From: the human T2T-CHM13v2.0 reference genome, Homo sapiens
Strand: one strand, 5' to 3'
DNA: 64,000 nucleotides
Assembly (NCBI RefSeq): GCF_009914755.1
Contig: NC_060934.1
Shown here: positions 35,808 to 55,408 of the stretch, piece after piece
Layout of the letters: each line of letters starts with the position of its first letter
Position numbering within the stretch: the first letter of the stretch is position 1
Position numbers and translations under genes: made by a program
The notes under the pieces: model-generated
What the model saw: the letters and a program-made list of their open reading frames with translations, nothing else
What the model was told of the DNA's origin: nothing
The model's database searches: none

Positions 35808-36164
35808 TGAGGAGGGAAGCCATTTCTCTTACTGTCTCCTGTCTCTGAAGAACAGGAGGAAGTAAAAGTTGAAAAACAACAGGAAGGAAGTCAGTGGCAA
35901 GACCAGCCAGTGCCACTGATGACCTGGCCTGAGGTTAAAAGGTTAACCACCCCCCTCTCCTCTAACCACATGTGCTCTCAATCCATCACGACCCTTTCAT
36001 GTGGAACCCCTTAGAGTTGTAAGCCCTTAAAAGGGCCAGGAACTCTGTCTTCGGGGAGCTCGGCTCTTAAGATGCGAGTCTGCCAACGCTCCCAGCCAAA
36101 TAAAAACCTCTTCCTTCTTCAATCCAGTGTCTGAGGAGTTTTGTCTGTGGCCCGTCCTGCTACA
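35808..36164 (+). mobile_element. 3' LTR (LTR2 family)
   Basis: Begins TGAGGAGGGAAGCC after the polypurine tract AAAGGGGAGAA (35797-35807). AATAAA at 36099-36104; ends in CA. Confidence 0.94.
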
Positions 36165-36471
36165 GCACAATTGTAGCCCACTGTAACCTCGAATTCCTAG
36201 GCTCAAGTGATCCTCCCACCTCAGCCTCCTGAGTAGAGTAGCTAGGATTACAGGCATGTGCCACCATGCCAAGCTAATTTTCTTTAGAGACAAGGTCTTG
36301 CTATGTTGCCCAGGGTGGTCTCAAACTCCTGGGCTCTTGGCCTCTCAAAATGTTGGATTTTAGGATTATAAGCATGAACCACTGTACCCGGACTGCTCTT
36401 TCTTACAAAAAAAAGTATTTTCCCATTAGAAAATATAGTGAATTTGATAAATACAAAAAAAGGTGGAAAGA

Positions 36472-37840
36472 CCTCTCCCTCTCCCTCTCCCTCCTCTCCC
36501 TCTCCATCTCCCCACTCCCTCTCTCTCCACGGTCTCCCTCTGATGCTGAGCCGAAGCTGGACTGTACTGCCGCCATCTCAGCTCACTGCAACCTCCCTGC
36601 CTGATTCTCCTGCCTCAGCCTGCCGAGTGCCTGGGATTGCAGGCGCACACCGCCACGCCTGACTGGTTTTCGTATATTTTTGGTGGAGACGGGGTTTTGC
36701 TGTGTTGGCCGGGCTGGTCTCCAGCTCCTAACCGTGAGTGATCTGCCAGCCTTGGCCTCCCGAGATGCTGGGATTGCAGACGGCGTCTCGTTCACTTAGT
36801 GCTCAATGTTGCCCAGGCTGGAGTGCAGTGGCGTGATCTCGGCTCGCTACAACCTCCACCTCCCAGCCGCCTGCCTTGGCCTCCCAAAGTGCCGAGATTG
36901 CAGCCTCTGCCTGGCCGCCACCCCCTCTGGGAAGTGAGGAGCGTCTCTGCCTGGCCGCCCATCGTCTGGGATGTGAGGAGCCCCTCTGCCCAGCTGCCCA
37001 GTCTGGGAAGTGAGGAGCGCCTCTTCCCGGCCGCCATCCCATCTAGGAAGTGAGGAGCATCTCGGCCTGGCCGCCCATCGTCTGAGATGTGGGGAGCGCC
37101 TCTGCCCCGCCGCCCCGTCTGGGATGTGAGGAGCGCCTCTGCCCGGCCGCGACCCCGTCTGGGAGGTGAGGAGCATCTCTGCCCGGCCGCCCGGTCTGAG
37201 AAGTGAGGAGCCCCTCCGCCCGGCAGCCACCCTGTCTGGGAAGTGAGGAGCCCCTCCGCCCAGCAGCTGCCCCATCTGGGAAGTGAGGATCGTCTCTGCC
37301 CAGCAGCCGCCCCGTCTGGGAGGTGTACCCAACAGCTCATTGAGAATGGGCCATGATGACGATGGCGGTTTTGTCAAATAGAAAAGGGGGAAATGTGGGG
37401 AAAAGATACAGAAATCAGATTGTTGCTGTGTCTGTGTAGAAAGTAGAAGACATGGGAGACTCCATTTTGTTCTGTACTAAGAAAAATTCTTCTGCCTTGG
37501 GATGGTGTTAATCTATAACCTTACCCCCAACCCCATGCTCTCTGAAACATGTGCTGTGTCCACTCAGGGTTAAATGGATTAAGGGAGGTGCAAGATGTGC
37601 TTTGTTAAACAAATGCTTGAAGGCAGCATACTCATTAAGGGTCATCACCACTCCCTAATCTCAAGTACCCAGGGACACAAACACTGCGGAAGGCCACAGG
37701 GTCCTCTGCCTAGGAAAACCAGAGACCCTTGTTCACTTGTTTATCTGCTGACCTTCCCTCCACTATTGTCCTATGACCCTGCCAAATCCCCCTCTGCGAG
37801 AAACACCCAAGAATGATCAATAAATACTAAAAAAAAAAAA
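36472..37840 (+). mobile_element. Full-length SVA retrotransposon (older, SVA_B/C-like; short VNTR)
   Basis: CCCTCT hexamers, Alu-like region, GC-rich VNTR (~36900-37325), SINE-R, AATAAA and poly(A). TSD AAAAAAAGGTGGAAAGA at 36455-36471 and 37841-37857. Confidence 0.96.
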
Positions 37841-38699
37841 AAAAAAAGGTGGAAAGAATAAAGTATTGTCTTTTGTCCTGCCCCGCAAAGCCACCACTGT
37901 TAACCATTTGCTGTTTCACTTCAGGCTTTGTTTGTAAATGATTTTGTATGGACTCTTTCTGCTATACCACAGTCACCTCTTGGGGCAGAACTAGGGACAG
38001 AAAGACAATGGGGCCAGGTGAGGTGGCTCACACCTGTAATCTCAGGAATTTTGGAGGCTGAGGCAGGAGAATCCCTTGAGTTTAGGAGTTCAAGGCCAGG
38101 CCGGGCAACATAGTGAAACCCTGTCTCTTTAAAAAATAAAAAAATTAACTGGGCATGGTGGTGGACACCTGTAATTCTGGGGGGCTGAAATGGGAGGATT
38201 GCTTGAACCCAGGAGGCCAAGGCTGCAGTGGGTCATGATGGTGCCACTGCACTCCAGCCTGGGCAACAGAGTGAGACCCTGTCTCAGGGAGAAAAAAAAA
38301 AAATGGGAAGAAGAGAAGAAAGAAAGAAGCAAATATGTCCAGTGGGTGTGGGACTGATGTGAGCCAGGAGAGGTTAGCTGAGAAAGTCGGTGTTTCATCC
38401 ATCCTTTTGAGGACCTCTTTTTTTTTTTTTTTTTTTTTTGAGCCCCTAGTACCTGCATTGTGAAAATATAGATGCTAAGATAAAGCCAGGGCTGGGTGTG
38501 GTGGCGCATGCCTGTAATCCCAGCTATTCAGGAGGCTGTCAAGAGAATTGCTTGAACCTGGGAGGTGGAGGTTGCAGTGAGCCAAGATCACGCTCCAGCC
38601 TGGGTGACAGAGTGAGACTCTGTCTCAAAAAATAAATAAATAAATAAGTAAAAAATAAAAAACTGAGAGCAGAGAAAAAATGAAGGAACTGGCCATTTC

Positions 38700-39260
38700 A
38701 ACACTGCGACAGGTGCTAGGACAGACAGTGAGAAAGCACAGCGGGCTGAAGAAGCCCTACAAGGAGGTGGGATCAGAGAGGCCCCTGGGGGAACGGCCCA
38801 GAGCTGAGTCGTGATCAGCAGGTGATGGCTGGAGGGGCATTCCTGCAGAAGGGATTGCAGAAGTAGAGATAGTTTAGTGTAGTGGAGCTGGGAAGGGCCA
38901 GGTGTGTAATGTACAAGGAATTTTGACTTGATCCCGAGGGTAACGTGAAGCTCTTGAAAGTTCCAAGGCAGGAAATTGACACGATTGGATTTGCACTCTG
39001 ACAATGACCAAGTCTGGCTGCTGGGGGTAAACCATTAGGAGTAGAGGAGGCGGAGGGGAGTCTGGAGATTGGAGAATTTGTTACGGGACTGTTGCATGTA
39101 TCCCAGAGAGACAAGGCAGTGGCGTGAACTAAGGTTGTAGGGATGGAGGGACATGGGTGGATTTTTAAGAGGCTACAGATATAGAATCGGTAACTGAATG
39201 GGGATCAGAATGGCTCACACATGGAGGCCTGGGCATTTATTGATTCAAGATTCCTCACTG
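38700..39260 (-). mobile_element. LINE-2 fragment
   Basis: Purine-rich L2-type text (TTTTGACTTGATCCCGAGGG...AAGGCAGTGGCGTGAACTAAGGTTGTAG...). Similar fragments occur at 1-250, ~7690-8150 and ~9590-9730. Confidence 0.55.
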
Positions 39261-39644
39261 GCCCTCCTTTACAAAGATTTAGGCTTCTGGGCTTGGCATG
39301 GGGATCCTCAATGGCATCACTTCAACCTTGCTTTGTCATCTCTCTCTCTTTCCCTTCTCTACTTGTACTTAAAGTGCATTGGAATTTGGTGATTCCCTGG
39401 GCATGCTGTCCCTTCATCTCACGTCCTTCTCCTCATACCTGGGCTTCTGAAAGCATCTCCATCCTTCAAGCCCAGCCCAATGCCACATCTCTAAAGAAAG
39501 CCTTGGGGCGCCAGCCCTCCCCTCCTTCCCACTACTCTTTTGTAACAAATCTTCTAGCAAGTTGCGTCTCCACCTGAGGAAACACTCACCACATTCTGCA
39601 TTGTACTTCTTGTGGAGAAAAAAAAAAGTACTTTTTATGGCTGA

Positions 39645-39881
<237 letters not shown>

Positions 39882-41374
39882 TGATCCACCCGCCTCAGCT
39901 TCCCAAAGTGTCGGGATTACAGGCATGAGCCATGGCGCCTGGCCAGCTGATTTTTACTACAAAGTTAAAGCCTCCTCAAAAGCTGACACCACACCTGTCT
40001 TGGAAGCTCAAGGAATGTTTGTCAAATTCAAATGAGCACTCCCCAGAAAACCCAAATTCTGAGCCAAGAAGGTTTGTGAAATAAAAAAGAATCAGGCGGG
40101 CACAGGGGTTCAGCTGGGGAAATAGACTAAAACAGTGAGAAGACCCTGAAGGCAGGAAGGACCAGCAAGGGTAGGGTTGGTGATAAGGCCGTGACCTTGG
40201 GCATAGGATACAGGTTGATGCCCTGGTTTGAGGCCCCGGCTGTGTGCTGTGGTCCTTAGGATTGTGAGGGCCTCCACCCAGAAGCAGAGACCTCAGATGC
40301 TGTTAGACCCCGAATAGCATGGAGGGAAGTGTGTGGAGTCAGGCCCTAAGCCGCTGGGTTAGAGTACAGAGGGTTTTCTGAAACAGTGAAATCCCGTCAT
40401 CTCCTTCCAGAATATGAACCATGCCTCCTCCTCTAAACTTCCCTGAACGTGTCTGTTTGTTTGTTTTTAAGACACGGTCTTACTTTGTCACCCAGGCTGG
40501 AGTGCATTAGTGCAATCTTGGCTCACTGCAGCCTTGAACTCCTGGGCTCAAGTGATCTTCTTGCCTTAGCCTCCCAAGTAACTAGGACCACAGGTGTGTG
40601 CCACTACACCTGGCTAAATTTCTTATTTTTTGTGGAGGATGGGGTCTCACTATGTTGCCCAGGCTGGTCTCAAACTCCTGAGCTCAAGCCATCCTCCCAT
40701 TTCAGCCTCCCAAAGTGCTGGGTTTACAGGCGTGAGCCATTGAGCCTGGCTCCCTGAGCCCTCACTATCAACTTTCACCACATGTAGGGCCCTGCAGTGA
40801 CCACAGGCCAGGCTGCCACTGTCAGGAGCTCCCATAGCTTAGCCTCAATGCAACTCTTTCTAGCTGAGCATCTCTCTTTCAAAACAGAGGTGGAGGAAGT
40901 GGGTGAGGAGAGACCTGCATTGAGAGGGTGCTCTAAGGACAATCCTGGCCTGAGTAGAGGTCTGATGTTCTGAGTGTCACCTTATGAGCCATCAGAAACT
41001 AAGGTAAACCTTTGTTCTTCCCAGATTGTACCTTCTGAACAGAGAAATGAAGGACCAATTAAGAGAAGTTCCACAAGATGCATTCTAGATAAGAAATCTA
41101 GGGCCAGGCACAGTGGCTCATGACTGTAAACCCAGCTGTTTGGGAGGCCAAGGCAGGAGGATCGCTTGGGGCCAGGAGTTTGAGACCAGCCTGGGCAACA
41201 TTGCCTGACTCCTGTCTCTACAAAAAAATATTTTAAAAATTAGCCCAGTGTGGTAGTGTGCACCTGTGGTCCCAGCTACTCAAGAGGCTGAGGCAGGAGG
41301 ATCACTTGAGCCCAGGAGTTTGAGGCTGCAGTAAGCTATGATCACTACACTCCAACCTGGGTGACAAAGTGTGA

Positions 41375-41536
<162 letters not shown>

Positions 41537-42229
41537 TAGCTGGGATTACAGACACATGCCACCACACCCAGCTAATTTTTGTATTTTTAGTAGAGATAAG
41601 GTTTCCATGTTGGCCAGGCTGGTCTCGAACTCCTGACCTCAAATGATCCCCCACCTTGGCCTCCCAAAGTGCTGGGATTATAGGCGTGGGCCACTATGCC
41701 CAGCAAAAATTTTAAATAATGCTTCCTAGCACTCTGGGTATTATATCACAGAGGCCAGAGGCAGTAACTGGGAGAATGTGGGATTCTGGAGTAGAGATGG
41801 GAATGATGGGAACAGAGGAAAGAGTAAGACCATGGTAAAGTGTCCCAAACCCTGCATGCCTCAGACAACAGCGGTCTCTGAGCCCCATCCTTGTGGCCAG
41901 GCACAGCTCAGGTCAGCAGGAACAAACAGTAAGTAAATAACTGCTAAGATAAGGAACCCTGGGAGAAGAGGGGGCACCCATCAAGAGGGCGAGTTGAAGA
42001 TACAGGAATGGGAAGGAATCCAGAGCATGAGAGATGGGAAAATGAATCCCCCTCCTATTCCAAGAAAGAGGAGGTGGTGTGAACCAGGCAGAAGCTGGTA
42101 GGACTGCAGGTTTGGGGGCTGGAAACAGAGGCATCTCCAAATAAGTGCTTCTCCATGCGGCGTGTTCACTTTTCTCTAGTTCACATGAGGCTCCTCCTGT
42201 GGCTTTGGTTGTTACTGGAGCCCATTCAC

Positions 42230-46000
<3,771 letters not shown>

Positions 46001-46053
46001 TTCTTGTGCTGGTTATCAATGTATTGCCTCTTGCCTCCAAATTCTTCCTTTTA

Positions 46054-46332
<279 letters not shown>

Positions 46333-46672
46333 TCAAAAACAAAACAAAACAAACTCACCCCTTTCGATACTCTGTGAAAGTGGATCTTGTCCTTTAAGTA
46401 TTTTTTTCCCATGCTAGCAGACACCAAGGCTTTCTAAGTACAGAATGATGGACAGACACTGCAGGTGAAGGTCCCAGTGTACAGGGCTGGGCAGGCTCTT
46501 GCAGAGTGCATAGCTTTTCTCGTGCAGGCTTCTGCAGTGAGTGCAGCTTCCTCAGCACCCAGCTCCAGCAATGGACCCAGTACTCCCTCCCCTGGCACTT
46601 TTGTAGTAGAGCATCTCATCTCTAGTGATGTCCTTTCCTGTGGACAGCTTTCCCCAGCACCCTAAAGGGCAG

Positions 46673-47017
46673 TGTATTAGTCTGTTTTCACACTGCTGAT
46701 AAAGACATACTTGAGACCGGGCAATTTACAAAAGAAAGAGATTTAATGGACTTACAGTTCCATGTGGCTGGGGAGGCCTTACAATAACGGCAGAAGGCAA
46801 AAGGCACGTCTCACGTGGCGGCAGACAATAGAAGAGGGCTTATGCAGGGGAACTCCTCTTTTTAAAACCATCATATCTCGTAAGACTTATTCACTGTCAC
46901 AAGAACACCATGGGAAAAGACCTGCCTCCATGATTCCATTACCTCCCACTGGGTCCCTCCCACAACATGTGGGAATTCAAGATGAGATTTGGGTGGGGAC
47001 ACAGCCAAATCATATCA
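46673..47017 (-). mobile_element. THE1 (THE1B-like) MaLR solo LTR
   Basis: TGTATTAGTCTGTTTTCACACTGCTGATAAAGACATAC...GGACACAGCCAAATCATATCA with perfect 5-bp TSD GGCAG. Confidence 0.92.
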
Positions 47018-47203
47018 GGCAGATTTCCAGCAGTTCCACCAGTGCAGCAGCTCAGCAACTTCTCTGCCTTCCAGTGAGCCAGAGCTGTCCATGGCCTCTC
47101 AACAGGGTCAGAATCTGAGCCCTGGGCGTGGGCTAAGGTGCTCAATCTCAGCCCTGGAGTTAGCGACTGCTCTTCAAATCTGCCAGCTCTATATTTTTTT
47201 TAG

Positions 47204-47473
<270 letters not shown>

Positions 47474-48148
47474 TAGCCAGGCTGGTCTTGAACTCCTGAC
47501 CTCAGGTGATCCACCCACCTCAGCCTCCCAAAGTGCTGGGATTACAGACGTGAGCCACTGCACCCAGCTCTAATCCTTTTCTAATCCTTTGTTATAGTAA
47601 TTTTTTTTTTCTTTAGACAAGGTCTCTCTCTGTCACCCAGGCTTGAGTGCAGTGGTATGATCATGGCTCACTACAGCCTTGACCGGGCTCAATCGATCCA
47701 CTCACCTCAGCCTCCTGAGTAGCTGGGATGACAGCCATACATCACCTGACCTGGCTAATTTTTGTATTTTTTTGTGGAGATGAGGAGTTGCCATGTTTCT
47801 CAGGGTGGTCACAAACTCCTCAGCTCAAGCGCTCCTCCTGCATTGGCCTTCCAAAGTGCTGGAATTACAGGTGTGAGCCACCGTGCCTGGCCAATAATTA
47901 TTTATATTAAGTATCCCTGTTTAAATTACAATGTGTTTTCTCTCTTGTATTTGGACCTAGGCAGATATAATATTTTTTTTCAAATATGCAATGTCACTTT
48001 TTTCTTCCCCCTGAAACAGGGTCTCACTCTGTCCCCCAGGCTGGAGTGCAGTTATAGCTCACTGCAGCCTCAAATTTCTGGGTTCAAGTGAGCCTCCCAC
48101 CTTAGCCTCTCAAAATGCTGGGATAACAGGAGTGAGTCACTATGCTCA

Positions 48149-48575
<427 letters not shown>

Positions 48576-48889
48576 TTATAGGCCTGAGCCACTGTGCCCA
48601 GCCCAGTGTAACTTTTTATAGTTATAGTTCCTTCCTGAAAATGTTGGTTTCCAGCTCCATGACATAATAGGCATAGTGAGTTTACAGTTTGTAACTAGTA
48701 GTTGCACTATCAGGAGTAGCTGTGAGTCTGTCCCTACTGTCTGCTGATACTGATTCTCATTATTTGGTCTTGTTTCCTCAAGCAGTAAATTGGATCTGAT
48801 TTTGTGTTGGTCATTACAGTTTTTTTTTGTTTGTTTGTTTTTTTTTTTTTGAGACAGAGCTTTGCTCTGTAGCCCAGGCTGGAGTGTAG

Positions 48890-49174
<285 letters not shown>

Positions 49175-50589
49175 TGAGGGCAAGTAACTCTTTGTATCCG
49201 TGGTGTCTATCATGGTGCCTTGCACCTAGGAGACATCCAATAACTGCTATGTGAATGAAGGAATGGTTAAGAAAGGATTTATTCTGATTTCTTAAATTTT
49301 GACATTTCCTCCAAAAAGGTGATCTTATCTTTGGGAGCAAGAGTTCAATCTGTTTTTCAAGGACTGAATCTTAAGGATTGAACCTACAGAGCCTGCTCAG
49401 GCTTGCCGTAGATGCTTTTCTTCTGCTTTCTCATAGAGCTAATCTCTGCTTCACAGAGAGCTTTTCTTTCCAGGTATTCATGTTTCAACAAGTCAGGAAG
49501 CAAATGATTTGACGTTAATTTGGTGTCAAAAAGAAGTCAGCCCAGGATCCCAAAAATAGGTTTTAAAAAATCAATGCATGGAGATCAATTTACTTTAAAA
49601 TACTGTAACTTTCTTTAAGATACTTTGGCAAGGATAATGTGATGTATGTAGGCATGCCTGCATATGTGTGTGTGTGTATGTTCATTTAAGATACACTTCA
49701 GGGAAGTCAATGTCTTTAATCAGGAACTTGCTCTTCAAGAGTGGTCAGCTAACATTTCACCTTAAGGCTGCACAGCAGAGTCAGCTACCACAAAGGCTTC
49801 ACTGTACATACGTTGATCAATAGGAGTGGGGTTTTAGCAGCAAAATGAATGTCATAAATCGGTTTCATTTGTAAAATTAGTGGCTTGCTAAACAGTATGA
49901 TGAATGTCAGAAATGGGCTCCTTTCCTACAAAGAAAACACCAAGCCCAGTTAGTTTCACAGGCAAGTCAACTTTTTTGAAAAATGTCATTCTAATTTTAT
50001 AGATTTTCCTAGAGAGTAGAGAAAAAAAGATTACTTCCCAACTCATTTCATGAGGCCCATATAAATTCCATTAAAATAATTAGTATCCTTTAAAATCAGG
50101 AAGAAGACCAAGATCACCATGTCTATTCCATATATTTCGGCCAATACAAGGAAAACAAATTCAAGTCAAAGGCCTGAAAGGGAGGAAATAAAACTGTAAT
50201 TATTTTGTGATTGTATGAATCCTCTCCTAGAAGACTGAATATATAAAGGAGAGAGTTTAGCAAGATGATAAACAGAAGATCCACATATAATATGCGACAA
50301 TGCATTCTATTCACCAGCAACAGTATTACTTCTTTACTATTTATTTCATTTATTTTACACTGGCATTTCCTCTCTTTAATGTTGTTTTTTGTTTTTTTGT
50401 TTTTTTGCTGATGTGATCACATCCTCCTTTATTTTACCTTTCCTACTTGTTATTTTGGTGAGTGGCCAGCAAGTTGCTTTCCAGCTGGAAAGATGGATGG
50501 TGAGGGACCACTTAGTGATGCTGAGGAACTGACCCTGACTCCCGCTCTCACTCCAAAGATGTGGCCTTCCTGGCTCTAAAATTGACTCA

Positions 50590-51075
<486 letters not shown>

Positions 51076-51141
51076 AGGGGCCCAGCATGGTGGCTCACAC
51101 CTGTAATCCCAGCACTTTGGGAGGCTGAGGTGGGCAGATCA

Positions 51142-52113
<972 letters not shown>

Positions 52114-52783
52114 TCATAACTAGTTAGATGGTACATTTAAACCTAAATAGATTAATACTTTTATTAAACATTAATGTCATAAATACTCCAATAAAAAGAC
52201 AGATTGTCACACACATATACACACACACATACAAACACACACACACACACACAAACAAGCAGCTCCTCATGTTTGTATCCATTCATTACATGGAAGTATT
52301 AAGGTCATTTATATAAATTTTTCCTGAACAGAATGCAAGTTCTAAAAAATAAAGGTCTGTTAAACACCCTAGAATTAAACCTCTCAAATCAGGCAAGATT
52401 CTATCAGCACCAAAAAACACATATTTTTTAGTCCTGCATGATATCTTTAATTTATTAAGCTGTGTCCTTGGCTAAAGAAATCAAGAATTTCCAGTGTATG
52501 GATGTGGAAATTGGAAGTGGGGATGGAGCAAGGAATGGGTGTGTCATTCTGTCATTCCTTAACAGACCTGAAAAATGCAAAGTTCTTATGTAATTTTCCA
52601 TATCAGTAATGATTCCATTCTATACTGGATACACATAAACAAATATTTCTCTACCATTACCTGTGAAAAGAAAAAAGCACAGTATGAAATATTTCTGTTC
52701 ACCAAGACACTCCATTACTTGGCCTGTAAGATAATATCTTAAGAATGCTGTAACTATCCTTCTGCTCCCTTACCCAGTATTGC

Positions 52784-52784
<1 letters not shown>

Positions 52785-52828
<44 letters not shown>
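52785..52828 (+). repeat. (AC)22 microsatellite
   Basis: Perfect dinucleotide run. Confidence 0.97.
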
Positions 52829-52830
<2 letters not shown>

Positions 52831-52988
52831 ATTACTCATCACGGCAATCTTGTGGTCTTCTTTCTGATTACTTATCATTTGATTAGAGTTCTTCTGGAAT
52901 ATTTTCATCAAACAGAAGTAGGTATAGGATTTATTTTCTAAATCTTGTGTAATTTTGAATATATTTCTTTTACCTTAACAGTTATATA

Positions 52989-53123
52989 GGCTGAGCGCAG
53001 TAGCTCACGCCTGTAATCCCAGCACTGAGGGAGGCTGAGGCAGGCAGATCACTTTAGGTCAGGAGTTCAAGACTAGCCTGGCCAAAGTGCTGGGATTACA
53101 GGCATGAGCCACCGCGCCCAGCT
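52989..53123. mobile_element. Fold-back chimeric Alu (sense head fused to antisense head)
   Basis: About 97 nt of Alu 5' end switches at CCAA (53082-53085) to the reverse complement of an Alu 5' end. Confidence 0.88.
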
Positions 53124-53431
53124 CACCAGGATATTCCTTAAGTGTTTTATTAATCCAGATTGGAATTTGGTGAATTCTTTCACTTCGAATACTCAATTTC
53201 TTTTTAGTACGTATGATTTATTATTATTATTATTGGTTTGGTTTAATTACAGCTTCTCTTCTACTTTTCTTTTTAAAAAACCTTTCTAGGCATTTTATTG
53301 TTTACATGTAAGATTGTCTGAATCCAGACTTCAAATACTTTGTCAGTTTCTTCAATATTTCCATCTGCTTGTAATTTTGTTTTATGTTTTGAGATTTTTC
53401 TCTCACTGAATCTCCTGGGCCACTAATTTAG

Positions 53432-53626
<195 letters not shown>

Positions 53627-53847
53627 TAGCTGGGACTACAGGCACGTGCCACCACGCCCGGCTAATTTTTTGTACTTTTAGTAGAAATGGGGTTTCACCA
53701 TGTTGGCCAGGATGGTCTCGATCTCCTCACCTCATGATCTGCCCACCTGGGCCTCCCAAAGTGCTGGGATTACAGGCATGACCTACCGAGCCGGGCCTTG
53801 TTTCTTATTTCCACAAAGTATTTTATGCTGTAATAGAATCTCTTCTA

Positions 53848-54167
<320 letters not shown>

Positions 54168-55254
54168 TTATTTTATTTAAGTATATAAATTTAAGGGGTA
54201 CAAGTGCAGTTTTGTTACATGGATATATCTTGTAGTGGGGAAATCTAGGTTTTTAGTGTAACCATCACCCAAGTATTCAATTTTACCTTCTTGTTCCTTT
54301 TTGGTCCAAGTTATTGAATGCCTTCATAGATTCCTGCTTTTCCTTGGGCCGGTTCCTTTTAGATGGGCCAGTTCCCTTCCTTAGCTCACTCATGAGTCTA
54401 TTTATCATTGGGGTCCAGACCCAGCTAACAGGATACTTTTGCAATCTCTCAAGTAGTACAAGGTCTAGGATTGGCTTCCTCTATGGTAGGTGACATGCCA
54501 GCTGGCAGGTTGAAAGGGGATCTGGGAAGCTTTACTGTCCCTGCTGTCCTCAATGGCAAAAGCTAGATCTGTGCAGCCTCAGGCCTGTGGGACACCATCT
54601 TTTCACCCTTGAAGCTCTCTCCTTAGGAGATCAGCAGTGCATAGATTTTCTCCAGCCCAGCTCTCCCCAGAAAGGGAGCTCTGGTCATTGCTCTGGGCTT
54701 CTTACTGCTGGTCCCACCCCCAGCCTGCTTCAGTCATTCCTGTTGGTTGAACAGGAGGCACCAAGCTTCACCTGCCTGATGGCCACAGCTTTAGCTGCAC
54801 TCAGGAAGGGGAGTTAAGCTGGTGGTTGAAATAGATGTAGGAAGAGAAACTTGCCATTGTGTCTCATTGGTTTAGGGATGCAGAACCATGGCAACTTCCA
54901 TGAAAGGCTGCAGAGAGAAAATGAGAAATATTTAGAGCAGTAATTTTTTATTGCTGCCTGTAGAGTCTGAATCAATGGGAAGGCAAATATTATTTATCAA
55001 ACACTTAAAATAGTATGTCAGGCATGGCGCTAGGAACTTCAGATAAGTTATCTCATACAATCTTCACAACACTATAGTTTTTGTTCGTTAAGAGATGGAA
55101 GGAGCTTGCTCGGGGTCACCTTGGCAAGCTATTCAATGGACTAGAATGATTCATCTTCCAAATGTCTACAGTTCCCCATTGAGCTGGAGAGAGAGGGCAG
55201 CCTCCCTAACGAGCCAGCTCTACAGCTTCAGCTCCCAAAGCTTGCAGAGTACCA

Positions 55255-55408
55255 GTTGCCATGACAACAGGACAAAATGCAGAGACCCTAGCTGCTGGGA
55301 GGAAATGACATGAGCCAAAAGAGTAAAAACTCACCCCGGTACTGGAATGTATGAGTCACTTACAAAGAACACCTGTAATTTTGAGAGCTTAAACCACCAG
55401 AGGGAGAC
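55255..55408 (+). promoter_or_regulatory. Candidate cis-regulatory cluster: RFX X-box, AP-1 and CTCF-like motifs
   Basis: GTTGCCATGACAAC (55255-55268), TGAGTCA (55352-55358) and CCACCAGAGGGAGAC (55394-55408) in apparently unique sequence. Confidence 0.4.

Larger units (their letters stand above)
29411..36164 (+). mobile_element. Defective HERV-E-family (gamma-like, LTR2-type) provirus, env largely deleted
   Basis: Two homologous LTRs ending GTCCTGCTACA, a tRNA-Glu PBS, gag-pro-pol motifs in order and a PPT before the 3' LTR. Confidence 0.95.

Noticed and set aside
36900-37325. Regularly spaced ~40-bp repeats resembling a CRISPR-like array
   Set aside because: This is the SVA VNTR: tandem degenerate units with no unique spacers, inside a canonical SVA.
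38418-38439. Isolated poly(T) as a tail-only retroinsertion
   Set aside because: No convincing TSD; simple mononucleotide expansion is equally likely.
49200-49900. Alu-free AT-rich block as a possible exon-containing region
   Set aside because: An acceptor-like TTTCTTTCCAG is present, but there is no ORF or recognisable homology, so it cannot be supported without alignment data.
52656-52677. Minus-strand CTTTTTTCTTTTCACAG|GTAAT resembling a recursive splice site or exon acceptor
   Set aside because: A single motif with no supporting exon, ORF or host transcript visible. Such motifs arise by chance in 64 kb.
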